DNA of 64,000 nt from Hemiscyllium ocellatum (lineage: Eukaryota): NCBI RefSeq assembly GCF_020745735.1, contig NC_083425.1, positions 10,217,575 through 10,281,574 on the forward strand, read 5' to 3'. Numbering within the stretch: position 1 is the first letter of the stretch; the number at the start of each line of letters is the position of its first letter. Of this stretch, positions 51,001-61,943 are shown in pieces. The translations under genes and the position numbers were made by a program. Below the pieces are notes generated by a model, which saw only the letters and a program-made list of their open reading frames with translations, had not been told where the DNA came from and made no database searches.

Positions 51001-54000
51001 CAAAGCACCCTCTTAGCCAACCGGCCCACCAAGGAGTTGGGAGTTGCCATGGTAACTGACAAGCATGTTGGGGCAATGCAGTGTGACAGCAGAGCCTCCA
51101 ATATTCTTCACCTGATTGGTCAGGAATCCCTCCTCCCAATGGCCAGCATTGGAGGGATTGGCACGTTGACCCCCAACCTCTTTAGCCACATTATCAACCC
51201 CCAACCCTCCTTAGGCTGTCAAGTCCTGGAGGGGGACCCAGCCTGGGAACTTCCAGCTCTGAGGCAGGTTCACTACGCACTGCACTTCCTCAGAGAAAAG
51301 TAGTCACCAAAAGAGTTGGGGAGTGGGACGGGCAGTTCTGGATCGGGACTGAAATCAGCATGGAGTGGAAGTCTCGAGAATTGGTGGGAGTCTTGTCTGT
51401 CAGCTGGACTGCCCACCCCAGCTTGTCACCTTTTTTTGAAAAGCCCCTTAGCAATGGGTGCCCTTGCAAACACAGGGCTAGCGGGAAGAGGGCTGGGGCA
51501 CCCTATGAGCCACACACCATTCCAATGTTGAACTGTCTCAGCGTTCCTTCATCGGCTCTGGGACAACATCCTGGACCGGCCTTCCTCACAGGAATGAGGG
51601 AGCCCTGCAGGAATGTACCAGCTCAGCGAGGGCAGCTCTGAGTGATGGTCAATACCTGCCAGTCTGGTGAGTGACGCTGGCGTAGAGTGAGCACTGCAGA
51701 TGCCGGGGAGTGGGAAAGTGTGGGGCTGGAAAAGCACAGCCGGTCAGGCAGCATCTCAGGAGCAGGAGAGTCGACGTTTCGGGCACTAGCCCTTCATCAG
51801 GAATGTTTCCCATGGTTAATCCACCTGACCTGCAGATCCCTGGACACTGTGGGTAATCTCGCATGGCCAATCCACCTGTTTCCTGCTGAAGGGCTTATGC
51901 TCCAAATGCCGACTCCCTGCCCCTGGGATGGTGGGGCCGACCTGCTGTGCTTTTCCAGCGCCACACTATTTGCCTGGTGAGTGACCCTCCCAATCCATCA
52001 ATATCCTCATGGCTCATGCCTCTCCCCTTCAGGGAGGTGAGGGCGGCGAATGGAAATCCTGCCCATCTACCCCTCCGATTGCTGCTCGCCAGATAAAAGC
52101 CCTGTGCCTCCTCCTTGCTCGGTAGTGCCAGGAGGGGGTTGCTGCTTGTTGCTGGTAAGGTGCCCACCGGAGATCTGGGCAATGCCAAGGGTGGGACAAG
52201 TGTCATGGGGTGTGGAGTGGGGGGGGTCACACCCTCGCAATACTGGGCCCCTCAGCCAGAGGCTCTGACTGAGGGATCCTCCACCAGTCGGAGACCTGCT
52301 GACAACTCCACCTTGGCCTACTACCAGCATGGCAACGGCCCTGCCCATCTCTGGGTAGATACTGGGGGGGGGGAACCCTTTATTAATTGCCCTCCCTTGT
52401 TGATTCGGAGTCAGTGAGTTAGCACGTAACGTCGTCATGCCCAAGCCAGCAGCTGCCTGGCACCCAGAAACCACTCAATAACTTGACCAACGGGACAGTG
52501 GTGAGAGTCTTGAGTACCTGAAAGGAATTCAAAAAGAGGTCAAAGAAGAGCTTGACGTGGCGGAGAGTCCCCTGGGCGTGTTCGTCTGTGATAAAGGCAA
52601 ACACCACTTCATGGATCCCCAGCAAGGGGATCAGGGTCAGCGTAGACTTGGCCAGTCTGTACGGAGAGAGAGAGAGAGAGAGATGGGGTAGCAGAGAGAG
52701 ACGGGGAGAGAGAGGAAAAAGAGACAGAGAAAGAGAGAGGGAGACACAAAGAAAGCGAGAAAGAGAGGAGANNNNNNNNNNNNNNNNNNNNNNNNNNNNN
52801 NNNNNNNNNNNNNNNNNNNNNNNNNNNNNNNNNNNNNNNNNNNNNNNNNNNNNNNNNNNNNNNNNNNNNNNNNNNNNNNNNNNNNNNNNNNNNNNNNNNN
52901 NNNNNNNNNNNNNNNNNNNNNNNNNNNNNNNNNNNNNNNNNNNNTGTGGAATGGACAGAGTCTGCCTGTGACTCCCAGCTCCCCCATAAACAGCAAGGCC
53001 CAGCAATCCCCATCTCTATCAGCACCTCGCTCACACCCCCCTGAAACACCGAATCCCAGCCCTCACTGATCAGATCCCAGCGCTCACTGACCAGATCCCA
53101 GTCCTCACTGACCAGATCCCAGCGTTCACTGACCGGATCCCAGTGCTCACTGGCCGGATCCCAGCCCTCACTGACCGGATCCCAACCCTCACTGACTAGA
53201 TCCCAGCGCTCACTAACCGGATCCCAACTTCACTCACTAGATCCTAGCCTCACCATTCAGATTGCACTGTCCAGACACGGCGTCCACACCCACCACCCAG
53301 ACTGCACCGTTCAGACAAACTGTCCAGACCGAAGCATCCAGACTCCACTCACTGACATCAGTTGCTGGGAACATCACCCTTTCTGTTCAAGTGAGGGCAG
53401 ATTTTTGTCAACCCCAGGAATTTGACATGACTGCTTTTTTTTTAACCCTCTATGCTTTAGCTGTGGCCATTGGTGGTTCAGGACTGGCCCTTTGGCCATG
53501 GCTCTCCATTTGCCTGACAAGCGGCTCTCCACCTAGTGTCAGCTCGCTCTCCACATCTCCCTCCTCAGCAGGTCCCCACGGAAGTGGCATGGGGCAACTG
53601 GCAGGCCAAACCTGGGCACGATGCCCAAAGGGGGTGTACCACACACAATCTCATGCCCACTTAGAGTGAGGGTGACAGGATCTCAAGCCAAAGGATTGGA
53701 AAACCATCCTGTAACTCTTTCAACAGACGGCTGCGGGTCTCGAAATGTCTGAAATGCTTCAGTTTCCACAGCGGCAGATTCAACATCACTTGGATAGACC
53801 CAACCCTCCCACCCTCCACTGTCACTGTACTGAGGAGCAGAGGCATTCCCCCATTGGGGGCTCTGAGGGAGGGGTCACACACCTATCCCACTCCTGTCCA
53901 ACTGTGCAACTCTCTGCTTGAGAAATCACCACCATGGGGACATAGGAAGGAGGGAAGGGGAGGAGGGGGAGAAAGGAGGGAGACAAGGGAGAGGTGGGGA

Positions 54001-57000
54001 AGAGAATGAAGAATTGAGAGACAAACTGGAGCAGAGAGGGGGGGATAGAAAGTGGCTGGTGAGATAGGGGCAGGAGAATGCCATCTGACCCTTCAAACCT
54101 ACTGTGCCATCCATTATGATCCTGACTGGTCATCCAACTCCATAACTTGGTCCACGTTCTGTCTACACCCTTTAGCCCCGACATCTATAGCCAATACCTT
54201 CTGGAAAACATTGCCCTCAACCACTTTCAGACTGAGTAAAGGATGGTAAGGTGGCTCAGTGGTTAGCACTACTGCCTCACAGCACCAGGGACCCAGGTTC
54301 GATTCCAGCCTTGTGTGACTGTCTGCGTTGGAGTTTGAACATTCTCCCCGTGTCTATGCGGGTTTCCTCCCAAAAGCCAAAGATGTTCAGGTTAGGTGGA
54401 TTGGCCGTGCTATATTGCCCACAGTGTTCAGGGATGTGTTACTGAGGGGTAAATGTAGAGTAGTAGGTGAATGGGTTTGGGTGGGATACTGTTCAGAGAG
54501 TCAGTGTAGAGTTGTTGGGCTGAAGGGCCTGTTTCCACACTGTAGGGATTAGATTCTATTCTAAGTTAAATGTCACCTCTCAACTTTTTAATTCTGTCCC
54601 CACTAAAGACAGGCCCGAGAACGATGCTTTCTGTTTTAAAGGCCTTACTCACCTGGGTCACCATGTTTATTACGCCTCATTTTCAACACCCTAAAGATTA
54701 AAAATAAACCACATTGTTGGGGGGGGAGGGAGGGGAGGGGGAGTTGCGTGAGAACAGGAGGAAAGAAAAGGGGTGGGGAAAGGAAGCAATGTGACTGATG
54801 GGCGGATGGAGGGGAGATACAGGACGGGGAAGATAACCTGAGAGACTATAGAGAGAGTCTTACCTGAATTTATAATCTGTGTACCTCATTTGGTGAGCTC
54901 TGAGTTTAGACACAAGAATGTGAATAATTCTGATAAAAATGAAGAAATTGATCTAGGAGATAAGAGAACAAGAGGCCACAAGAATTAATGTGACGGTGCA
55001 TTTTGAATTTTGACAATGAAATCTTGGACATGGGGTGAAATATTGTCCACTGTACCAGTATAGAGAGCAGGATAGGAGAGCGGATAATCCACCAGTATGC
55101 CATATTCTCGTTTGTTGTCCAACACCTGGAGGTAAACAAGGTGTCGGTGAGTTTGAACATCAGAGACAGACTCTCCCACTTCTTTCCTCTGCTTCCATAC
55201 AGCTAGCCTATCAACACTAACTCCCAGGCTCTGTCACCGTCACAAGGCCTCAATGAAACTTTGACCTGATACAGAAATGCATGAGGATTGCTCAATACTT
55301 TTCCTTTAGGATTGATATCCAGAGAGTGACAGGAATCTGGTGGGGATAACTGAGGTGGGAAACCTCACAAACTTTTAAAAAAAGCACATGGACAAGCACT
55401 GGAAATGTCATAACATTCATGGTTGTGGGCCTGGTGCTGGATAGTGGGGTTAGTACAGATAGGTTGATGGGATGAAGGGCCCTATTCTGTCCTGAGTGAC
55501 TGTATGACTGACCTCAGCCAGGATCAGTTCCCCGAGTGCGCACTGGGTGGGCAATGGAAGAGGGTAAGTGTGTTGAAGACTCCTAACCCTTGGAGATTTG
55601 TGGGCCTCTGATCCCTTTGAGCATTAATCCTATCTAGAATGTTCTGGTCGAGGATTCAACTCCTTGACTTGCTCCTTTATTTGTTGGAAGGGCAGTTAAG
55701 CAAATGTTAGGGTCTTGGGGTCTTAATATATATTGGGGAGGGGGGGGGGGCGGTTGGTCTGGTCCATAATATATTATTTAACCCACATTTCTAATAAACT
55801 TGGTCAGAGATGTTATTATGCACTGCTATGGTAGGTGGAATTTGGGATAGGGACACTACCACAGCACCACAAAGCTCTTGTAGAGAATCATCACTTCACT
55901 GAGGTTGCCTGAGTTCAGAAGGGAGACAGGAACACATTGGTGGCATGACATGAAGAAAGGTAGACCATTTACACCAGCAGAGACCCTTGGGGCAGAATGG
56001 CCAGATTTTGTCCTGGATATGTTCTCATAGGAAGAATTTTCCCAACCTTCCAGCCTCACTCCATCCCCCAACCCCACGATAAAGAAACCAAATCCATCCA
56101 GGATTGTAACCATTGCTGAATGTGTGTGTGGGAATCCCCGATATAATCTCAGAGTGAACGGATACACACTCAGCACTCCCCATTGTGGGCGACATGTTTA
56201 GAGTCAACCTTTTCTAATGGAATGGGACACTCTGTGCTCCCCTTCTGACATGGTCATCACTGCACTGAGTGAAGCACTCACGCTCCATAAGAGCTTTGTC
56301 GTGCAGTGGTTGTGCCCCTACCCCGGGTCACCTACCATAGAAGTGCATAATAACATCGCTGATCAAGTTTATGAGATAAATGGGTTAAATAATGTGTTAT
56401 TGTCCAGACCAAACCCCCTCAAAATATATTAAGAGGTTAGGCAAGACCTTAACTTTCTCGTCTTTTATAGGTTAGTGCGAGGTGCTGCATTCTGGGTGCA
56501 ATTTGATTGGTCAACCTACCAATTGTGAAGCAAAACATACTTTATTCTGTCACTATAGTTAAAATACAACAAAATAAAGAATTGAAATAAATTAACTCTA
56601 TTGGAAAATTTAATGGGATAATAGATTTTTTAACTACCAAGCATCAACATCCCATCATAAACACACTCTTGGCAGAGGCATATTCAGTAAAATAGATTGC
56701 CTCACAGGCAATGTTTTTCCAGTCCTGGAAGAAAGACCAGCTAGGGAAAACTCTGAGAGAGAATGCCACAGGGAAAGGCATACAGCAGCATCCAAACCCA
56801 ACTTCAAGTCTCTAGCCACTGCTACTGAAAATCTAAAACTAAATATCCTGGGAGCTTAATCCCACCCATTCAGGCTGCTTCTATTGTTTCAACTTTTTAA
56901 AAAGCCCTAAGGCCTCACTAGCAGTTTACATTATTGGTTCTGAGTAGACAGATTGGCACCTTGTTCTCAACCTTTCTTTGTAAAAAAGAAAGGACACCTC

Positions 57001-58593
57001 ACAGAGCCGCAGTATCGTCAGAATAATAAAACAAAATGACTGTCATACACTCAGGCTTCAAGCCTCGACTGATCCTTCAAATAGTCTGCAGAAAATAAGA
57101 GAGCATTTGTAGGTGGCTTTAGCACTTCTAAAGACTGCACATGTCTCTTTGGAAAATAAACTGCGAAAAATGGAAATAGAACAATGAACTGCGAATGCTG
57201 GAACAACAAACAAAACTCGCTGTAGAAATTCAGCAGGTCTGGCAGTATCTGAAGAAGAGTTGCAGGCCTCGAATTGCCGTTTTCACCTCTACAGGGGTTG
57301 CCAGACCTGGTGGGTTTCCCCAGCAATTTCAGCCTTTTGTGAAAAATGGACACTGCCGTGTTACAGAGAGCCTATCAGCTCTGGTTCATTTGGCAACTCT
57401 AAGGTCAGAAACAGAACTATGCAGTGTTCATTTATTGGTTACACAAGGTCACCTTACAGTTGGAGAAGCTGCACTTAAAACGTTCAAATTATAGTAATTG
57501 GAACCAGGGCCGGATGGATTTCATTGAGTATAAGATCCCTGATTGGCCCAGTTTAACAACCCCAATCAGGGAGCCCTGGCTGACAGATATAAACAGGAGA
57601 TTCAGAGTCTCCCCTCACTCTAGGGACTGGCTCTGAGTTGGTTGGTCAAAGTCCACTGCGCGCTGGTGAATAAAGGGTGACTTGGTGACAGGATACCGGC
57701 CTCTGTGTTGTTATTTCAAGACTGTCAGACAAACTGTGAGCAAGTGCCTTTGGAAAATTGATGAGTGATAATCTTGAAATTTTTAAGTCACTGTTTATCT
57801 CAGTCCAGTTGAAATCGGAACTCTGGAAAGCCTAGTAGAGATATCAGGTTTCACTCTTTTTCACCAAAAAATTAAACACTCAATGACCCTGAAAAGAAGA
57901 ATTTCTAACGCAAGCAGAGCCCTAGGTCCAACTGATCAGCTGTCAAATCGAGGCTTTTCTATTGCACTGTGGTCAACACCATGATATCATTGCCAGAAAC
58001 CAAAAATAAAACAGTAAGAAAGTAATCTTATTCCACCATTGTTCCACAGAATTTGTTTTTTTTTTAAAACCTATTTTCCATCAATCTGCAGAGCTGTGTG
58101 ACCTATCTGTCCTATATGCAGATGAATGTTTGAGTTTGAAGGTGATAAAGTTAAAGTTTACATGGTATTGGTTAATTGCAAATCATTTTAAGTTAGAAGT
58201 CACACAATACCAGGTTACAGTCCAACAGTTTTATTTGAAATCACAAGCCTTCAGAACGCTGCTCCTTTGTTACGTGAAATGAACCTGTTGGACTATAACC
58301 TGGTATCATGTGATTCTGATTTTGTCCACCAGCACTTCTACATCATGTTATAACTTAGAAAGAGGCCCTTCAGCTCATTGTGTCTGTACTAGCCCAGCAA
58401 GTATTTTGGTGAAACCTAGTGTGAGTCTGTTTTGTGCTGGATGGCAGATGGGCCATCATGGTCATTCAGTTGGTCATCTCCCCATGTCTGAAGCTTGCGA
58501 AGTGGGATGGCTTGATTGCCAGTGCACTTACCCCTTCCACCTTGGAGTTGGGAAAAAGGTGTTATGGACTAGGCCAGACCCCCTCCACCTCCA

Positions 58594-58625
<32 letters not shown>

Positions 58626-60385
58626 CCCCCCCCCCCTCAAAATATTTCCAGAAGGTAGCCTAGACCCTACCATTTGCTTTGTGAAGTGGATATTCCAGGG
58701 TGATACAACTAGTCAAATCTGAGCTATAAATCTTCTCCAAAGTCTCAAATTGGTCAAACCAGTCGGATTTAGGCAAAACAGAATTTATTTAAACACTACA
58801 GCTGAAATGCGAACAAAAAAAGGTGAAATTTAGAATAACTTATCTTATTGTAAAACTTAACTGACCTGATACAGTAACGAACACTAATTATCTGTTGCAA
58901 TACAGCAACATCCCATAAACACAACCCTTGGCAAAAAGGGAAAGTCAAACACAGATTCTTACAGGCAGGAGGGAACAGCATTGAGAGAGATTTCAGAGAA
59001 AGTTGGAGGGATCGTTTTCCGAAGCTTGCAACTCCCCAGGACTCCGATATCCTGTACTGCTACAGCAAAATAAAAGTCTGAACCAGGAGAACTGGCCACT
59101 CCCCTGCCATTGTTAAACTGTCAAACTCCCTAGACTCTTCAGTACCTCTGCCTTTATGAACTCTCTTCAAGAAAAGTCCAGGACAAAATAAGATTTTTAA
59201 AGTATTATCAGAGAAAAGGACTCAGGCTTCATAACCAAGCATTCATGCCATGGGGTCAACTTACCCAGTATTCTCATATAAATACTTGACAACCACCCAG
59301 GGAACAACGAATAACACCGGTGCTCCTGCAAGCCAACAGAAAACAGTACAACTTGGGTTACTGTGATGTCAAACTGGTAATCCTTTCAGAAGAGAGTGTG
59401 CTCCCAGAACAATGCCTCTGTGTGTGCTTTTTACTCACAGCTCACTTTCCTCATATCATCAGAGTAGGGAGGTCATACTGCAGCTGGACAGGGCATTGGT
59501 TAGGTCACTTTTGGAATATTGTATGCAATTCTGGTCTCCCTCCTATAGAAAGGATGTTGTGAAACTTGAAAGAGTTCAGAAAAGATTTACAGGGATGATG
59601 GCAAGGTCAGAGGATTTGACTTACAGGGAGAGCCTGGAGAGGCTGGATAGACTGGGCCTGTTTTCCCTGGAGTGTCAGAGGCTGAGGGGTGACCTTATAG
59701 AAGTTTATACGATCATGAGAGGCATGGATAGAATAAATAGACAAAGTCTTTTCCCTGGGGTCGGGGAGTCCAGAACTAGAGGGCATAGGTTTAGGGTGAG
59801 AGGGGAAAGATCTAAAAGGGACCTTAGGGACAACGTTTTCACACAGAGGGTGGTGCGTGTATGGAATGAGCTGCCAGAGGGAGTGGTGGAGGCTGGTACA
59901 ATTGCAACATTTAAAAGGCATCTGGATGGGTATATGAATAGGAAGGGTTTGGAGGGATATGGGCTAAGTGCTGGCAAATGGGACTAGATTAGGGTAGGAT
60001 ATCTGGTCAGCATGGATGAGTTGAACCAAAGGGTCTGATTCCGTGCTGTACATCTCTGTAACTCTAGTTGTTGGAGACACCTGTCAGTGCATGATCCACT
60101 GATCCAACCCTGATTCCTTTGGAAGTTCTGGGGTCTGTTGGAAATGGTCATGATGGAGATCTGACTGATACTGGCTAATCCCTGTTCCCAGATAACAATG
60201 AGCAGGAGTGAACTGAACCACCTACCCCAGCCGATGCATAAATAAATATTAAAGTAGCTCTTTTCAGAGAAGACGGCGATCACCAGCAGATTGTGTAAGT
60301 AGATCCCTTCAATCAGCAGCCAATAGTAATTCGCCCCGATGCAGTACTGCATGAGCACTTGAGCTGTTCTGCAACCTGCTGCAGT
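47787..60385 (-). CDS. GCGR: Glucagon receptor (class B1 GPCR), partial: last 7 coding exons, TM3 to C-terminus, 288 aa; 5' exons outside the window
   Basis: Spliced join 60226-60385, 59265-59325, 55056-55125, 54864-54952, 52518-52656, 49928-49969, 47787-48092 = 867 nt, one continuous frame, all introns GT-AG. Contains [78 protein letters not shown] and WKRWKLG, which match glucagon receptors. Exon sizes match the GCGR exon structure as I recall it. Confidence 0.93.
48219..48439. mobile_element. Penelope-like hairpin element in the last GCGR intron
   Basis: Inverted arms centred near 48315; flanks CAGCTGAAGGAG / CAGCCTGAAGGAG. Confidence 0.8.
48910..49134. mobile_element. Penelope-like hairpin element in the last GCGR intron
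   Basis: 13-bp TSD CACTCAAGTTCCT (48897-48909, 49135-49147); loopless palindrome axis GGAAT|ATTCC at 49002/49003; intact plus-strand hammerhead core 49007-49034. Confidence 0.88.
49928..49969 (-). CDS. GCGR: GCGR exon (42 nt; end of TM7)
   Basis: Acceptor ttgcAG, donor GAG|GTAAAA; [14 protein letters not shown], the typical 14-aa class B GPCR TM7 exon. Confidence 0.95.
50255..50890. repeat. 30/40-bp minisatellite with a 182-bp higher-order duplication
   Basis: 17 units each containing AGGTCA(C/T)TG(G/A)TT; 50458-50639 repeats at 50640-50821. Confidence 0.9.
51676..51973. mobile_element. Penelope-like hairpin element with a SINE-like fragment in the spacer
   Basis: 12-bp TSD CTGGTGAGTGAC (51664-51675, 51974-51985). 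Confidence 0.8.
51769..51804 (-). ncRNA. Minimal hammerhead ribozyme motif, sense to GCGR pre-mRNA
   Basis: ATTC-CTGATGA-A-GGGC-TAGT-GCCC-GAAA-CGTC-GACT (stem I with one mismatch). Confidence 0.62.
52518..52656 (-). CDS. GCGR: GCGR exon (139 nt; TM6-ECL3-TM7)
   Basis: Acceptor gtacAG preceded by a (CT)n tract, donor CAG|GTACTC; [46 protein letters not shown]. Confidence 0.95.
52662..52771. repeat. (GA)n-rich tract forming the polypyrimidine tract of the 139-nt exon, running into a gap
   Basis: gagagagag... directly adjoining the acceptor at 52657-52658. Confidence 0.85.
53053..53250. repeat. 21-bp minisatellite (CCAGATCCCAGCGCTCACTGA)n
   Basis: About nine tandem units. Confidence 0.9.
54250..54564 (+). 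mobile_element. HE1 SINE
   Basis: A box, GGTTCGATTCC B box, gggctgaagggcctgtttccacactgta tail. Confidence 0.88.
54864..54952 (-). CDS. GCGR: GCGR exon (89 nt; TM5-ICL3)
   Basis: Acceptor ctcctAG after a 103-nt intron, donor AG|GTAAGA; [29 protein letters not shown](R). Confidence 0.95.
55056..55125 (-). CDS. GCGR: GCGR exon (70 nt; ECL2-TM5)
   Basis: Acceptor ctccAG, donor CTG|GTACAG; [23 protein letters not shown]. Confidence 0.95.
56395..57020. mobile_element. LTR-like repeat; related copies at 58560-59210 and a fragment at ~8660-8800
   Basis: Shared TGTTA..ccagacc..ccctcaaaatat start and gtat..tca end; no clear TSD. Confidence 0.5.
57490..57718 (+). mobile_element. Solo LTR of the Gypsy family seen at 26178-26389
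   Basis: Shared acaaccccaatcaggga and gtgacaggatac.ggcctctgtg..gttatttca; TATAAA and AATAAA present. Confidence 0.75.
59265..59325 (-). CDS. GCGR: GCGR exon (61 nt; TM4-ECL2)
   Basis: Not in the ORF track; read manually. Acceptor ttgcAG, donor GG|GTAAGT; (G)[19 protein letters not shown](G); phases 1/2 fit neighbouring exons. Confidence 0.95.
59461..60066 (+). mobile_element. Young CR1 (HER1-type) 3' fragment, antisense in a GCGR intron
   Basis: Uninterrupted frame [47 protein letters not shown] (ORF 59412-59987). Confidence 0.92.
60226..60385 (-). CDS. GCGR: GCGR exon (160 nt; TM3-ICL2-start of TM4)
   Basis: Acceptor ttccaacAG, donor G|GTAGGT; [53 protein letters not shown](G). Confidence 0.95.
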
Positions 60386-60439
60386 CTGTTGGAAAGACAG
60401 AAATGCAGGTTAGACCGTTCAACACTCAATGGGTGCAGC

Positions 60440-60940
60440 AGTGTGTGTGCGTGCGTCTGCGCACATGTGTGTGCACAATGGATGTGTATAAAAAGTGTAT
60501 GAATGTGTAGTATGTGCATGTGAGTGTATGTAAGAGTGTGTGTGTGTGTGTGTGTGCAATTTTGTGTGCATCGTGTGTAAAATGTTTGTGTATGCGTACA
60601 ATGTGTCAATGTGTAAAATGTGTGCGTGTGTCAGTGCATGTGTGAATGTCCAGTGTGTGTGAGTGTATAGTGTGAGTGTACAGTGCGTGAGCGTACTGTG
60701 TGTGTGTACAGTGTGTGAGTGTACAGTGTGGGTGTGAGTGTACAGTGTGTGTGTGTACAGTGCGTGAGTGTATTGTGTGTGTGAGTGTACAGTGTGTGAG
60801 TGTACAGTGTTTGAGTGTACGGTATGTGTGAGTGTACAGTATGTGTGTGTGAGAGTATCCAGTGTGAGTGAGTGTATAGTACATGTGAGTGTACAGAGTA
60901 TGTGTGAGTGTGTGAGAGTGAGTGCCCAGTGTAAGTCTAC

Positions 60941-60979
<39 letters not shown>

Positions 60980-61674
60980 AGTATGTGTGAGTGTACAGTG
61001 TGTGTGAGTGTACACTGTGGGTGCGTGTGAGTGTATAGTGTGTGGGTGTACAGTGTGCGTGTGTGTGCACAGTGTGTGTGTACAATGTGCTTGTGCGTCC
61101 AGTGTGATTGTACAGTGTGAGTGTAGTGTGTGTGTACAATGTGTGAGTTTAAAGTGTGTGTGCACAGTGTGTGTGTGTACAATGTGTGTGTAAGTATCCA
61201 GTGTGAGTGTACAGTACATGTGAGTGTACAGAGTATGTGTGAGTGTGTGAGAGTGTCCAGTGTGAGTGTACAATGTGTGTGTGTATAGTGTGTGTGTCCA
61301 ATGTGTGTGAGTGTACATAGTATTTGTGAGTGTACAGTGTGGGTGCGTGTGAGTGTATAATGTGTGGGTGTATAGTGTGCGCGTGTGTGCACTGTGTGTG
61401 TACAGTGTGTGTGTGAGCGTTCAGTGTGTGTGTTCAGTGTATGTGTGCGTACAGTGTGATTGTACAGCGTGAGTGTAGTGTGTGTACAGTGTGTGTATAT
61501 AGTTTGTGTGTAATGTGTGTGTACAATGTCTGTGTGTACAGTGTGTGCGTAGTGTGTATGAATGTATAGTGTGTGTGTGTACAATATGTGTGAGTGTACA
61601 GTGTGAGTGTACTGTGTGTGTACAATGTGTATGTATGACTGTACAGTGTGCATGCGAATGTACAGCATGTGTGA
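60440..61674. repeat. Long TG-rich low-complexity array (GTGTACAGTGTGTGA-like)
   Basis: Degenerate (TG)n with recurrent gtacag. Confidence 0.9.
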
Positions 61675-61943
61675 GAACGAAATGAACGGTGAGATAGATC
61701 AGTGTGAGCCCATTGATTCAGGCAGGAGGAGTGAGGAGGTCTCATAATCCCAACAAAAACAAATGTCCCAATGAGTTTGAAGAGCCACGGGATTTGAGGT
61801 TAAACTTGAAAACAGGCAGAGGTCAGTGAGGCCACAAGAAGATGAAAGGAAGCATGTGGGTTTGTTTCTGGGGCTGGGGGAGGATAGAGTTGAGAAGAGA
61901 TGTCAAACTTGTACAGAACCTCACTTAGCCCACCCTGAACCAT

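Noticed and set aside
59412-59987. 191-aa ORF as a host gene
   Set aside because: CR1 ORF2 C-terminal fragment, 5'-truncated.
47787-60385. Assignment as GIPR, GLP1R or GCRPR
   Set aside because: [33 protein letters not shown] and WKRWKLG..EEEY.HTYS favour GCGR; a phylogeny would settle it.
60313-61745. His/Thr-rich ORFs up to 299 aa
   Set aside because: Translations of a TG/CA low-complexity array.
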